From Hormiphora californensis (lineage: Eukaryota > Animalia > Ctenophora): a DNA stretch of 64,000 nucleotides. The stretch spans positions 2,418,001 through 2,482,000 of the forward strand of contig CM035361.1 in the NCBI GenBank assembly GCA_020137815.1, given 5' to 3'. A program made the translations under genes and the position numbers. A model generated the notes under the pieces. That model saw only the letters and a program-made list of their open reading frames with translations. It made no database searches and was not told the origin of the DNA. Positions within the stretch are counted from its first letter, which is position 1, and every line of letters begins with the position of its first letter. This document shows positions 25,344-38,065 of the stretch, one piece after another.

Positions 25344-25506
25344 AAATATTCCAAAACAGGGCGCTCTCCAGCGCCACACCGCACAACTTTAAACTGTGTG
25401 ATGCTGAAAAAGTATAGTGTGGCTGAAATCTATGTGGCTGGAATATACTTTTTCAGCATCAGAATGTTTAAAGTTGTGCTGGAAAGCGCCCTGTTTTGGA
25501 ATATTT
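25344..25506. mobile_element. Hairpin MITE
   Basis: AAATATTCCAAAACAGGGCGCT...GCACAACTTTAAAC...TGATGCTGAAAAAGTATA is mirrored on the right side. Confidence 0.75.
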
Positions 25507-25519
25507 TTTCTACACGACA

Positions 25520-25715
25520 AAATTCCGGTCGGCTCCTATCGACAGAATGGCTATAGACGGAGCGCTTACACTTGTGCAAGCCCTGATAGGTGTCACTACC
25601 AAATGAGTTGCTGGAAAATTTCACACGCTATAAATTCACACGAGCGTCGAGCTGGTTGGGTGGTCACACTCACATACCCTGCTCACTTTTTTATCGTTAT
25701 TTCTCCACAGCTATT
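25520..25715 (+). repeat. Dispersed ~200-bp repeat; copies at ~30730-30922 and ~33146-33250
   Basis: TCCGGTCGGCTCCT...ACGGAGCGCTTACACTTGT...AAAATTTCACACGCT shared by three copies. Confidence 0.8.
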
Positions 25716-25719
25716 CTAT

Positions 25720-26163
25720 GGGGGAGACACACTGAGGTTGGTCGCGCGCGTTCAACTCTCAACCTCGCGACACACACTGAAGTTCGAAGTTCGAAGTTTC
25801 GCGGAAAAGTTCAAAGTTTCGCGAAAACCCATTTTCGGCTGAGAAATCATTTGTAAGAGGCTAACTTGTTTACTGGTACATCTCTCGAGGTTTCCTTTAT
25901 CCATACTGAGTCAATTTCACCGTTTTTAAAATTTTTGGTGAATTGGGACAACTGTGACCGGATTAGCCAAAAATTTCAAAAACGGTGAAATTGACTCAGT
26001 ATGGATAAAGGAAACCTCGAGAGATGTACCAGTAAACAAGTTAGCCTCTTACAAATGATTTCTCGGCCGAAAATGGTTTCGCGAAACTTCGAACTTCGAA
26101 ATTCAGTGTGTGTCGCGAGGTTGAGATTTGAACGAGCGTGCCCAACTTCAGTGTGTCTCCCCC
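25720..26163. mobile_element. Foldback MITE (GGGGGAGACAC...GTGTCTCCCCC) nested in the previous repeat
   Basis: ~200-bp inverted arms with CTAT on both flanks; the copy at ~30908 shows the empty site CAGCTATTGAAACCGCC. Confidence 0.9.
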
Positions 26164-27017
26164 CTATTGAATCCGCCCACGTTCAAATTGTGAATAACAG
26201 CTTTACAGCTTTGTTCATATAAATCAAAATGTGTTGATGAATGAGCATAACAACACAATGAACGGACGGCCATTAATTTGACGTTCATCTCCAAATTATA
26301 ATAGAGACTAGCGCAACCACCGGGTGCGCCTCAAATATGGGCTGTTGACGACCCATTGTCTCCTAACAACGCACTGAACGAACGGCCATCACGTCACTCC
26401 TTTGAGATTGGTGATAATCTTGCTCTCTTTTTCTCAAAAGTAATTATATTAATATATTAGTGAGTGTCTCCTCGGCTCACGGCTGTTGTGATGCCAATCT
26501 GACAACACATAAAAAAGCTGTGATGTCAATAATGGACAAATTTATTCCCCCGATAATACTAATTTTTGAAGTTTGAGAATTACAAGAATTAAAAAATAGT
26601 TTCGGTATAATTGTACACAATCAATAGATAAACAATACATAATACCCAACACTCAGCCTAGGCATCAGTGTGAACAACAAACATTCATGTCTGTGTTACA
26701 CGGTCGCTTGTAGTGGGAAAACGGTAATGGAAAACGAAGATACAGTAAGACGACGCGCAACCGTGACCAATCAGGGCGCTAGTACGTGCTGACACATGAA
26801 CTTTTTGCCGCGCGTTATGCACCGTGCGCGTCTCCTTACTGTATTTTCATTACGGTAATTTGACTACAAGCAGCACTGTTACTCTCCAAAAAGTATACAT
26901 CCGAAATCAAACATTGCAGGATGCATCCAGCATCCTCTTTTCTATTTCACCAAGCAGTGTTTTTCAAAATCATAAAATCGTACATTGTTTTCACGTCATC
27001 GTTGAATCAATGATCCA

Positions 27018-29529
27018 CTACGAAACAAGCGGCCTCACATCCACTTTAACCTTATTGATAAGTCTCATGACAGCCATATTCTGGTTGATCATGGGTGGAT
27101 TTTTCAAATCAAACGCCTGTGTCATTTCAAAGTTTTTACACAGAACAGAAAGAGAGAGCTTCATCAGCATCATAGCGAGATGTTTTCCTAGGCATCCCCG
27201 GGATCCAGTCCAGAAGGGGAGGTATGAAAAGGAGGCCGGGTTAAACCCATCGTTCCATCGATCCGGGTTGAACTTTTTCGGCTCAGCCCAGTTGGTTGGG
27301 TCCATGTGCATAACATACTCGCTAAAGTGAATCCTGATGTTCTTACTCCATATCTTATACTGTCCGACCCTTCCGTTTCTGTTTGTGCTGAGGGGAGAAA
27401 GATTTAGCACGTGCAAGAGGTCTCCAAAATACACTACAAGGCGTGGTAAATATCACTTACACGTAAGTTCGGGTCCCTCTAAGTAGGGCAGGGCCCATTC
27501 GAAGTCCTTCCAGCAAGCATTTTTCAGTATATTCCAACCTATAATGATACATTGGAATAAAATTAATTTTAAGTGCATTTTAAAAACGGCTAACAAGTTG
27601 GCAAACATTATGTTACATTACTTTCCGCAATTTTCACAAATGATTTTCCCGAATGTGATTTATGGACCGATTCCTTACTTGGCAAGATCTCTGAAACTAT
27701 CAATCTCAGTTGAACGGAGTTCAGCCATAAGCTTGCTCTGCACTTCAGGTTCTTTATCCAAAAACATGAAAAGGGCACACAACTGTTTCACCATATTATC
27801 CATCACCAAACAAATCTAAAAAAGGAGTAATTTTAATACCCGGCCTGCATTCTGTTGCAGACACAAACATGTAATATTCCATTATGCAAAGCATATTACA
27901 CACATAAACAGGGTGGTGGTGGTTTAGGTTTTGTTTGGTTCATGCCCTACAATGACAGAGAGGTGCAGTAGTAGCGTATAATTTTATATTTTTTTAGGAA
28001 CCGACCGAATCAGGAAATACTGGTCCCTGATTGGCTGATAACCAGTCACGTGACCTAAATAACGAGTTCTGATTGGTTGTTTACTTGTGTCGGTCGGTTC
28101 CTGTATTTTTTGCATATCTTACCGTCATAAGATCATCCACGACGCTCTCGACAACAAGAACAGTATTATCCTTCAACTCTTTCCCATCATCTGACATATT
28201 TGCTTCAATCAGGAGACCAATGAGATCATCTGATTTTTGCTCACCCATTCCCTTAAACTCTTCCGTTTTCTGGGTCACGATTGCTGTCAGATCTTTCCTC
28301 ATTTTTTGGATCATCTTAGTGGTGTCGATCTAGTGAGAGGGTGGTTAGAGGGCTTGGTTGTACGAAAAACCTTTAGTATGTTAAAGAGATATCGACTCAA
28401 CAAATTATTTTACTTACTTTTTAAAGTAAGTAAAGTAATTTGTTGAGTAGATAACTAAATCGAACCCTCTCAGTTTTTGCTATATTTTTTTGGAACCTCG
28501 ATACGACCTCTGAACTCTGAACTCTGAACTCTGAAGGCTAAACAGTTTTATCTATTAGTGTAAACTGAGGCTACGTACCTTTTCTTGAGACAAAAAGTAT
28601 CGATATCGGTCGAAGAGAGGTTTTGGAATATCCTCCAGAATCTTGAAAACATTGTCAGCAACAACCTCTGGCGAATAAAAGTCTTGGAGGCCAAAGACTT
28701 GGAGATAAGCTGCAAATGTAACGGCAAGCTCATCATGTAGATCAATTTCGGTGCCTGTTTTTACGGTTTTTCGCCATTTCTCCAGTATGGGACCCTCCAT
28801 GTGTGTCTTACAGGATGTGAACAGTTCCTTCATATTGGTTTTAGCGAAAAACTGACTCATTATCTTTCGCTTCACGGCCCATTTGATGCCACCTCCACTG
28901 AAAACATTTTTCTCATTAGGGATCGTGTCCTGCACTCTTTATATTGTCATTTGCAGGACTATAATACTCTATGATATAATGTAGCATAACCCAAAGTCGT
29001 TACCTTAAGATGCTTTGTCTTCCAATGATCTTTTGTCCGAAAAGAAACCGGTTCGGGAGGGAATTTACTTTAATAAAGCTATTGAGATCAGTTGCTACTG
29101 TTCTTAGCATTTTAGGATCTGACACAAAGATAAAGGGCATGGGGCCAATCCAAAATAAGATATTCTTGCCATGTTCATCAGTCCACTTTAACAATAGATC
29201 CAGGAATGCATTCTTGGCTTTGTATTCGCGGAGAGTTGGTTCGTTACCCTGTAATGAATTGAGGTGGATCATTAGGGAATAGAAAAATTATAATTGAGCC
29301 TGAATGTGGAGGTCAGTCTGTGCGGACACACTGAGGACACATTGTGGACAGTCTGAGGACACATTATGTGAGTATAATTACAAGTGAGTTGGCCTGTACT
29401 CACCTTATAGAAGGAATCGACAGGCGGCTGGGGGAATACACTCAGTGATAAACGGGTAAAGTAGATATTTGCTGAATAGTACATCGCCCACAGCACCATA
29501 ACAAGTAGTAATGATATGGTCAGATACAT
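27018..29529 (-). CDS. Cytochrome P450 (7 exons), microsomal type, atypical I-helix
   Basis: N-terminal TM anchor plus FPQPP; C-helix WAVKR; K-helix EGLR; FNPDRW; heme motif FWTGSRGCLG. Confidence 0.95.
27995..28103. mobile_element. hAT-type MITE, 8-bp TSD TATTTTTT; related copies at 36523-36597 (TSD GGTGACAC) and ~39148-39231 (partial)
   Basis: TAGGAACCGACCGA...TCGGTCGGTTCCTG TIRs; 8-bp TSDs at two copies. Confidence 0.9.
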
Positions 29530-29724
29530 GGTTGCGGCTATATTAATAGAGGAACCAATTATTACGGATATTATAAATACATAACAACAGTACAACAGTA
29601 TGAGCAACCCACTAGCAAACTAAACTTCAATTTCATATAAATAACAGCTGTAATAACAATTCTGACCCGTCACGGCTCGAGCTCATTTGAGATGATATCA
29701 GTAGAAAAAAAAGGAATGATGAGT

Positions 29725-29822
29725 TATAAATCTAAATTGAGTTTAAATATAATATACTGTAGAGTCTACAGTCGACTGTAGACTCTACAGTCTATTATAT
29801 TTAAACTCAATTTAGATTTATA
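29725..29822. repeat. 98-bp spacerless palindrome (one mismatch)
   Basis: Centred on GTC|GAC at 29773/29774. Confidence 0.95.
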
Positions 29823-29907
29823 CTACAGTGTTGAGTGTTCTATCATCGCAAAGTGATTGGAAAATGTAGCAGATCAGGTCAGATAGATGACTATAATACC
29901 GGACGTG

Positions 29908-30595
29908 CAGGGGTGGCGGAACAAGGGGGGCAGCCGGGGCCATGGCCCCATGTAAAATTTTACCTACCAGGGGCAGCTGGGGCCACTTTCACCGAGACTT
30001 TTTCTAATGCTAGATAAATATTTGGCGTTGTATGAGGCTGGCCCAGGATTATGTTCTAAACCGTTTCGTATTACGCTAAACAGAAATTCTGGTAGAGGCA
30101 GTTTGTCATACGAGGAAGGATAGACTTAGAGTGGTAGACATCGATCTAATGAGGGTTCGTCTATGTGTGCGTGAGCTAGCCATTCGACTGAAAGTAATTT
30201 ATTCTTGAATTGTGATTTAACATTTGCACTTCGACAATGAAACGCTTCTTAGTCAAAGTTGCTCCTCCGTCAATACATCCTCCTGTTTCATTGCCTCCCA
30301 GTTCAACCCATGAGCCTACTGATCAACCAGTCGGAATGCCAACTCCTCCACTAACTCCTCCACCTACGCCACCAGTTCAACCTACTCCGCCAGTTCCACC
30401 TACACTACCAACTTCTCCTTCATCACCCAACGAGTCTTCATGCAGCCTGGATTTTTCAACTTGATGTATAGAGGATCCTGAAGTTTGGTGAAACTGTGCG
30501 CAACTTGAAAAATTGGAAAATGTCACGTGACCAGTCACGTGACCAAAATATCTGAAAATGGCCCCAGCTGAGAAAAATATCTTCCGCCATGCCTG
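29908..30595 (+). mobile_element. Internally deleted hAT element, 8-bp TSD CGGACGTG
   Basis: CAGGGGTGGCGGAA...TTCCGCCATGCCTG ends; TSD at 29900-29907 and 30596-30603; Pro-rich ORF remnant at 30237-30464. Confidence 0.88.
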
Positions 30596-31035
30596 CGGAC
30601 GTGTCAACTTTGCTACACTACACGGCTCATTTGAAATGATATCAGTAGAAAAAAGGAAATCAAGTTCTCACTGGGCTATATTTTATCTCGACCAAAACGT
30701 GGAGTTGTTACACAAAGCATATAAAGACAAAACTCCGGTCGGCTCCTATCGACAGAATGGCTTATATAGACGGAGCGCTTACACTTGTGTGAACGCCGAT
30801 CATAGGTGTAACTACTATGAGTTGGCGGAAAATTTCACACGCTTATTCACATGAGCTGGTTGGGTGGTTACATACCCTGCTCACTTTTTTGTCGTCATGT
30901 CTCCACAGCTATTGAAACCGCCGACTTTTTCGGCAGAGACGGTTTGAACACATTTCCAACACCCACACATTTCCAACACCCACACATTATATATTAGGTT
31001 TGTTCAATGTTTTCCCACTAACCATGTAGGTATAA

Positions 31036-31842
31036 CAGTCCTGTCGACAACTACACTTCAAATCTCAGAATTTCAAATTTTCGGTTCAAATGTGTAGACT
31101 ACTAAAATTGAAACTGCTGGGGAGGGTTGGCACTTCTCATAACCCACCTGGGCAGCCACCAGAGGTCCAAAACCACTCAAAAAGGTCAAAAAATCAATTT
31201 TCGATTTGAGGAAAACGACCGGCATCACGAGATTCCTCGTCAAATACTAAGCATCCTCGTATAATTCTAGCTCACCAATTCAAACCAGTTCGGAGAAATG
31301 AGCGATGAAAGAAGCAAAAAGTGAACAATATTATGGGAGTAAGGGCTCAACTGGCTAAAAATAGATGACTGAATTCCTGTGTTTAGTCTATTGTAACAAT
31401 CTCACTTTGCGCTCTCTCTTTTCTGATCTTGGAAGGGGGAAAAGGGGAAGTGCAGAAAAGAGAGAGCGCAAAGTGAGATTGTTACAATAGACTAAACACA
31501 GGAATTCAGTCATCTATTTTTAGCCAGTTGAGCCCTTCCTCCCACAATATTGTTCACTTTTTGCTTCTTTCATCGCTCATTTCTCCGAACTGGTTTGAAT
31601 TGGTGAGCTAGAATTATACGAGGATGCTTAGAATTTGACGAGGAATCTCGTGATGCCGGTCGTTTTCCTCAAATCGAAAATTGATTTTTTGACCTTTTTG
31701 AGTGGTTTTGGACCTCTGGTGGCTGCCCAGGTGACTTATGAGAAGTGCCAACCCTCCCCAGCAGTTTCAATTTTAGTAGTCTACACATTTGAACCGAAAA
31801 TTTGAAATTCTGAGATTTGAAGTGTAGTTGTCGACAGGACTG
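31036..31842. mobile_element. 807-bp foldback element with TAA TSD (PIF/Harbinger-like target)
   Basis: ~390-bp near-perfect arms CAGTCCTGTCGAC...GTCGACAGGACTG, ~28-bp spacer, TAA on both sides. Confidence 0.92.
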
Positions 31843-32284
31843 TAACAATTAGTGGTTGCTAAGTTGAAAATTTTTCCCTGCCCGGATGAATGCCCGAAGG
31901 GCATTCGCCCGGATGATGTTTTTAGCACGCAAGTGCTAAAAAGATCAATCAGGGTTTAGAAATCAGGGTGAAAGCACGTGAGCTGGGGAGCGATAATAGA
32001 AATGAATTAGGAACTCAATAAGCTAGATTGAAAATTGTTGTTTTGACCTCCGAGAATAATAGCAAAATAAAATGGAGTATTGTAGCAGACTAACAGCGAC
32101 GAATATAATGGCTCCCTTTACACACATAATTCGGCTAGAGACTAAAAATGAGCTAGGAGTGAGAGAGAGAGTGTACCTTGGAGTCGGGCCATGGCCTACT
32201 TAGCCCCCGCGTCCCCTACATGTATGGTTTTGCTTGTCATTATCTCAATACTTAACTACTTTTTAAGGTCAAGATTCTGCCACT

Positions 32285-32338
<54 letters not shown>

Positions 32339-34894
32339 ATAGAGACGGGGAGGAAAGTACATGTGGTTCAATCTAATTTGATCTCCTCCTCTAGAAACAG
32401 ACCGTTTCCTGTGCACAGAGGGGGGGGAGCAGATTGAGAAAATGAGAGAAAGGGGAGTTGGCACACAGCTGCTAAGGTACTGCACCAATGAGAATGTATA
32501 TAACTGCATAGATTATTACTCCATAACGACTCGTTCTTGACGAAAATGGCGACTTTTTGGTATAAAAATCAAATTTTTTCCCCGGGCTCAGCTGTTGCTT
32601 CGCCCAATAAAAAACTTGGGGTATGTCATATCACGTGACTGGTCAGTGGCAAAACAATCAAAATTTTGGGTGGTTACACACAGAGAGATGTGACAAAGCA
32701 AGAGACAAACCAATCAAAAACACATGCAAAGAGACTAAAACACACTGCTGCAAGTGTTACACACAGTTTTTTAACAGTGAAAAGAAGAGAGAGAAAGATG
32801 AAAAGTGAGAGAGAGGGTCGAGGGAGATTGGAATTCTTGGAAATAGCAAACAACAAAACTGATGAGGGGATAATTAAAGAGAGAAAGAGGGAGAGTGAGT
32901 GTAAAATGGCAGACTGTGTGTCGTGTGACGTGTAGTACCTTGTCAGTTGTCAGTCATATTCTGTGTGTTTGTGTGTGAATAAGGTGTAAAAACACTGCGA
33001 GAACATTTTTCTTACTCATAACCCACTGCCTCCATATCTGCAAGCTCCCGCAGAAGCACAGTGCAAATTTCACCGTGCAAATGGTCGCACGGAGCGGGAG
33101 TGATATTTGCACTCGCGGTATATATACATGATATATATAAAGAAAAAATTCCGGCTGGCTCCTGACTACAACTATAAACGGAGCGCTTACACTTGTACAA
33201 ATCCCGATATGTGTAAGTACTATAAGTTGTTGGAAAAATGTCACACGCTACGTTAAATGCGAGCTGCTCAATATTTTAAAAGTTTCACAAGATCCTCACT
33301 TCTCCACCGCCATAGAACCCACTCACTTTTTCACTCATTTCTCTTCATTTGAATAACGTGCGTGTAAGGAATGAACATTTGTGTAAGCACTCAACAGAGA
33401 TGGGAAACTCTTGACTTATGGCGAGTGGTATTCTCGAACACCGTTGGTAAGTTTTCGCCAAAAGTCTCGGTCATCCATCATTAAAGCTATCTCGTCGATT
33501 TTTTTTTCACTCCAGTGTTCCTTCGCATGATCTCACTCTGGTATCAATGTGACCAAATGAATCGCATTCCATTAATCCATTATTTCTCTCTTGCCATCTA
33601 TTTTACTGTCAACCGGACAAAAATTCGTATCTCGCACCGTTTAGCCATTATTTGCATATTTAAGCACCGATTCATGATTTAATGCATATTCTAAATATTT
33701 CCACTTGGGCTACTTAGGAGTAACTCCTAAAACGTTTTCATCGACATATTCCGGCGCAGAATAATCGATTTATAATTATGGGGAGTTGTCTTTCTCTCCT
33801 TAGCTTAGTAACTGTTACCAACCAATATACACTCAATTGTGAGGTGTTTTGACTGTTTTTCAGTTCTCTTTGTGTGTTTTGATTAGTGTTCTCTCTCTTG
33901 TTAGTGTGTAATACTTGAAACAAACAACTAAAGCAGGGTATTATATAACCTATAAACTCTGACCACTGGGACGTTATTGGTTTAAACCCCTCCGCCTCTC
34001 CATCGGCTACGCCTCGGGATCATCGTCGTGATTTAAACCAGTTTATCCGCCAGTGGTGGATAAACTACAGCTAGCTTCTCCCAGCGGCGCAATGGGAGAA
34101 AGCTATCTGAAATAACGCGCCACTGGCAAGAGTTTATACCTCATACAAACTTGCCATACTACACGACTATAACGAATAAGAAATGAAATCACATCAACAA
34201 GTCATCGGCATGAAACCTCTAAATGGTTAAAAACTGTTTCTTGTTCTCAGAATTCCATTGCACCATGGTGAGCACTGTGTAGACCTGTGCGATCCTGCTG
34301 TAGCTTGATATCGAATATGCGATATCATGCAATTAATCATTCACTTGGAACAGCTGGGAGAGACAACCCCCACAGCTTATAATTCATTACTGCATTGGCC
34401 CATTCGTTTGATATTGCGTGACCATGTCCCCAGACGATATTTTCCATTTTTCCAATGACGAATGACTATCATGATCTTCATCCTTCATTGAAATTACTGT
34501 TAATTATAGTTCATTAGTCGAAAGGCAACATATTTGTATGCACATTGCACAATGCATACTAAATTTTGATAGCTTAGATTACGATCGCAATTTTTCGCCC
34601 ATGTATGCAGGATTCATGACGCCTATATTGACGAATGCACGACAGTTTTATAGCGAATCCGGGACTTGTCACCAGTTGAAATAGTGTACTTGACTCATAC
34701 AATTCATATACAATATATTTATTTCTCAGAGGTTTGCTTATTTAGTATGTGTGTACCGATACTACTAGAGATAGTACGTGTCCCTATTAGGCTGGTATTT
34801 TAGCCATCACAAAACATCTCGAATGCTCAATCATGGTCAATTGTTTGAGTCAAAAATTACTCGTAGGCTAGAGAGAGAGAGCGAGAGAGAGAGA

Positions 34895-34999
<105 letters not shown>

Positions 35000-35312
35000 T
35001 AAGAGAGAAATTTCACCGTTTGAACAATATTTACTTTGCACATCCTCTCTGCATATAGTGTGACACTATCAGCTCTCTCCCTTTACAGCAGCATGATCGT
35101 TGATGGGTTTTCCTGGAGGCATTTGCAAATTGATATGCACTTCGTTTTAAAGAGTTCCATTAGCAAAGAGCTTTTCCCAACCAGTGTTTCAGCAGTGTAA
35201 AGTACCCAGATTTTGATTTCTTGAGATTTATATCCTACTATAGTACTCTCTGTTAGTTAATATAACAATCTCACCTACTCTCTGTTAGTTAATATAACAA
35301 TCTCACCAGGAG

Positions 35313-37312
35313 ATGAAAGTGAAAGGAGGTGGAAGTCAGGATCTTTATAAAGATATTTTCGATTCTTTTGATGTCGACAAAAATGGATATCTCAGCATCA
35401 GAGAACTTGGTACGATGATATCAGTGATATTCTACAATTATAGTTTACGTTTACATCAACTATGATATCAGTCTTCAAGTCGATTTTAGCATCATTGTGA
35501 TTTGTTGCACTTTAGAAGCTAAGAAGCTCTTCTCCACCGTACGGCACGGTTTGCGTGTCTTCACAATCCCATCACCCAAAACTTTGTTGAGTTCCCTCTA
35601 ACGCTCCAGTTGCAGATTGGAGGCTGGCTCCAGTTTCTGGGGCCAGCCTCCAGTCTGCAACTGGCGCAAGCTGGGAGAGTCCCTGTGCGCGCCAAATCTT
35701 CGTTGACTAGCAGGGTTTTCGACGTGAATTGCATGTAAAGTAGCGCGCGCGGCAGTGTCAGCAGTGTCAGCAGGGGCCTGCTTCATTGTAACTAACATCA
35801 GTCGCAAAATCTCTAACTAGAGATTTTGCGACTGATGTTAGTTACAATGAAGCAGGCCCCTGCTGACACTGCCGCGCGCGCTACTTTACATGCAATTCAC
35901 GTCGAAAACCCTGCTAGTCAACGAAGATTTGGCGCGCACAGGGACTCTCCCAGCTTGCGCCAGTTGCAGACTGGAGGCTGGCCCCAGAAACTGGAGCCAG
36001 CCTCCAATCTGCAACTGGAGCGTTACTCAACAACTTGTGATTTCAGGAAAGTGTATGAGTGCACTGAACAAGAAGATTAGTAAGACGGAGCTGAAGTTTC
36101 TTATTGCCTGCTCTGATAAGGATGAAAATGGGAAAATGGATTGTTACGAGTTCTCTCTCATGGCATCTGTTCTGGTTAGTGAATTGTTTTTGCTGTTAAG
36201 TGAAATGTGAAAGATTTAATGCTACTGCAGCCGAATGATAGTAAAAACCCACGGGCCACCTGACACCAACCTTACCTGACATCAATTCATATAAGTTTTA
36301 TCCAACTCTATTTTCAGCACATGCTAAGTATTGATGACCTGAAAGAGCTGAGAGAAGTATTTACATCATTTGATCTAGATGGTGATGGCTCTATCGATGT
36401 TAAGGAACTTGGACGATGCATGGCGAAACTAGGTTAGAATCCAACCATATCATGTGGCTTCCTTTACTTGCTATATTACCCTAAAACATTGGGGGTTATC
36501 AAAAACCTGTAAGGGGTGACACCAAGAACCGTGACCAAGAACCGTGACCTAAAAAACGATTTCTAATTGGTTGTTTACTTGTTTCGGTCGGTTCTTGGGT
36601 GACACAATCTCAAATTGTATAGGTCAGGAGTTATCGGTAGCCGAGTGCCAGCAGCTGATAGACGGAGCTGATAAGGACTCTGATGGGGAGATGAGCTTCT
36701 TTGAATTTGTGGTGAGTCATGTAATCTCTCACAATCTTTTTATCAATTACCAAGGTCTATAGTTGCTCTATTACTCAGTTTTATAAACATTCAACTACAG
36801 GGTGCTCTTTCCTATATAGGTGATGGTGAAACAAGATGATGGGTTCGACGAAGAAAAGGATCTTTATGAGGCGTTCAACATGTTCGATCTTAATGGTAAT
36901 AATTGTACCTCAAATACCAATTATAAAACACTGGCTAGTTATTTGGGATATGTATCTCTTCCAATGTGTGTAATATCTCTTCCAGGAAATGGAACTATTG
37001 ATAGATCGGAACTGACCAATGTTTTCAAGCAAATGGGCAAAGAACCAACCTCCGAGGAGCTAGAAGGAATGTTTCAGTAAGTTTAAAAACTACTAACTTT
37101 ACTTATCTGGCCCTGTCGACGTGTCTGTGGCGGTATACAAAACTTAATATTATTAGCTATTATTATTAGGCATGTCTTTCACATGTTTTTATCTTGGCCC
37201 TCAGGGCGCTATGTCGATGATAATCACATGACAAGCAAATATTTTCAGACAAGCAGACGGAGATGGAGATGGAAATATTTCATTCGAAGAATTCAAAGCT
37301 ATCATGATGTGA
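35313..37312 (+). CDS. Calmodulin-like protein with six EF-hands (7 exons, ~220 aa)
   Basis: Loops DVDKNGYLSIRE, DKDENGKMDCYE, DLDGDGSIDVKE, DKDSDGEMSFFE, DLNGNGTIDRSE and DGDGDGNISFEE, joined in frame across GT-AG introns. Confidence 0.92.
35599..36025. mobile_element. Head-to-head inverted dimer of the ...CTGGAGCG MITE family in intron 1 of the EF-hand gene
   Basis: ~210-bp arms, identical except one 9-bp duplication; 2-nt spacer near 35816. Confidence 0.9.
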
Positions 37313-37713
37313 AATTGAGTAGGATCATGTGTGTCTCAAAGACAATGTGATGTCATAATGACGTCACTACGCAGAACCTCTCCACTGTGGATAACTTGTT
37401 CGAGAATTAATGGAATTGATATATGTTTGATCGAGAACTCTGTTTAATTGGTGTTGTTGTACCTTTCAAGCTGTTTAATTCATCCCCCGGTAAAACAGTT
37501 GTTGCGATTTGTAAAGACCTTTAGAGCTGCTATTATAAAACATAAGATAAGGTGCATCATGTTTCTGGGAGAGACTTACTTCTTATCAACATTGACAAGC
37601 AGTTTTTTCTTATCAACCCCCTCGCATTCTTTTTCTCTTTGTACCTGCATCACTTGCTTTCTCTCCTGAATTATCTCACCAGACTTCTCTCTCTCTCACT
37701 CACTCTCTCTCAC

Positions 37714-37794
<81 letters not shown>

Positions 37795-38065
37795 ATTTCC
37801 CTTTTTTGTTATCGTGTACTGTTGACCTTGCCTTGTTTCTCTATAAAGCTTTATAAAAGGTCAGGTCATATTACCTTCGAGTTCGACAGTCGACAGCGCC
37901 GTGTTCAAATAGTTTAACTTTAATCTATATCTATCATATGCATGATATGGGTGGCATGATGAGACCCCCTTCCATGCCACCAGTTCCGCCAGGACTAAAA
38001 CTAGTAAAGCAAAAGAATATGAAATACCAGCATCTTTCCTAAAAAACAGTACTTCTGCAGAGAGT

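Noticed and set aside
27995-28103. Introner (MITE forming a whole intron)
   Set aside because: This MITE and the others I checked lie inside larger introns; none coincides with both splice sites.
34200-34700. Possible minus-strand coding exons
   Set aside because: Only short frames, with no recognisable homology or consistent splice model.
35598-36080. Divergent pair of near-identical small ORFs
   Set aside because: Produced by the palindromic MITE dimer; no coding evidence.
35313-37312. Ca2+-activated photoprotein
   Set aside because: Six canonical EF-hands with calmodulin-like spacing rather than photoprotein architecture.
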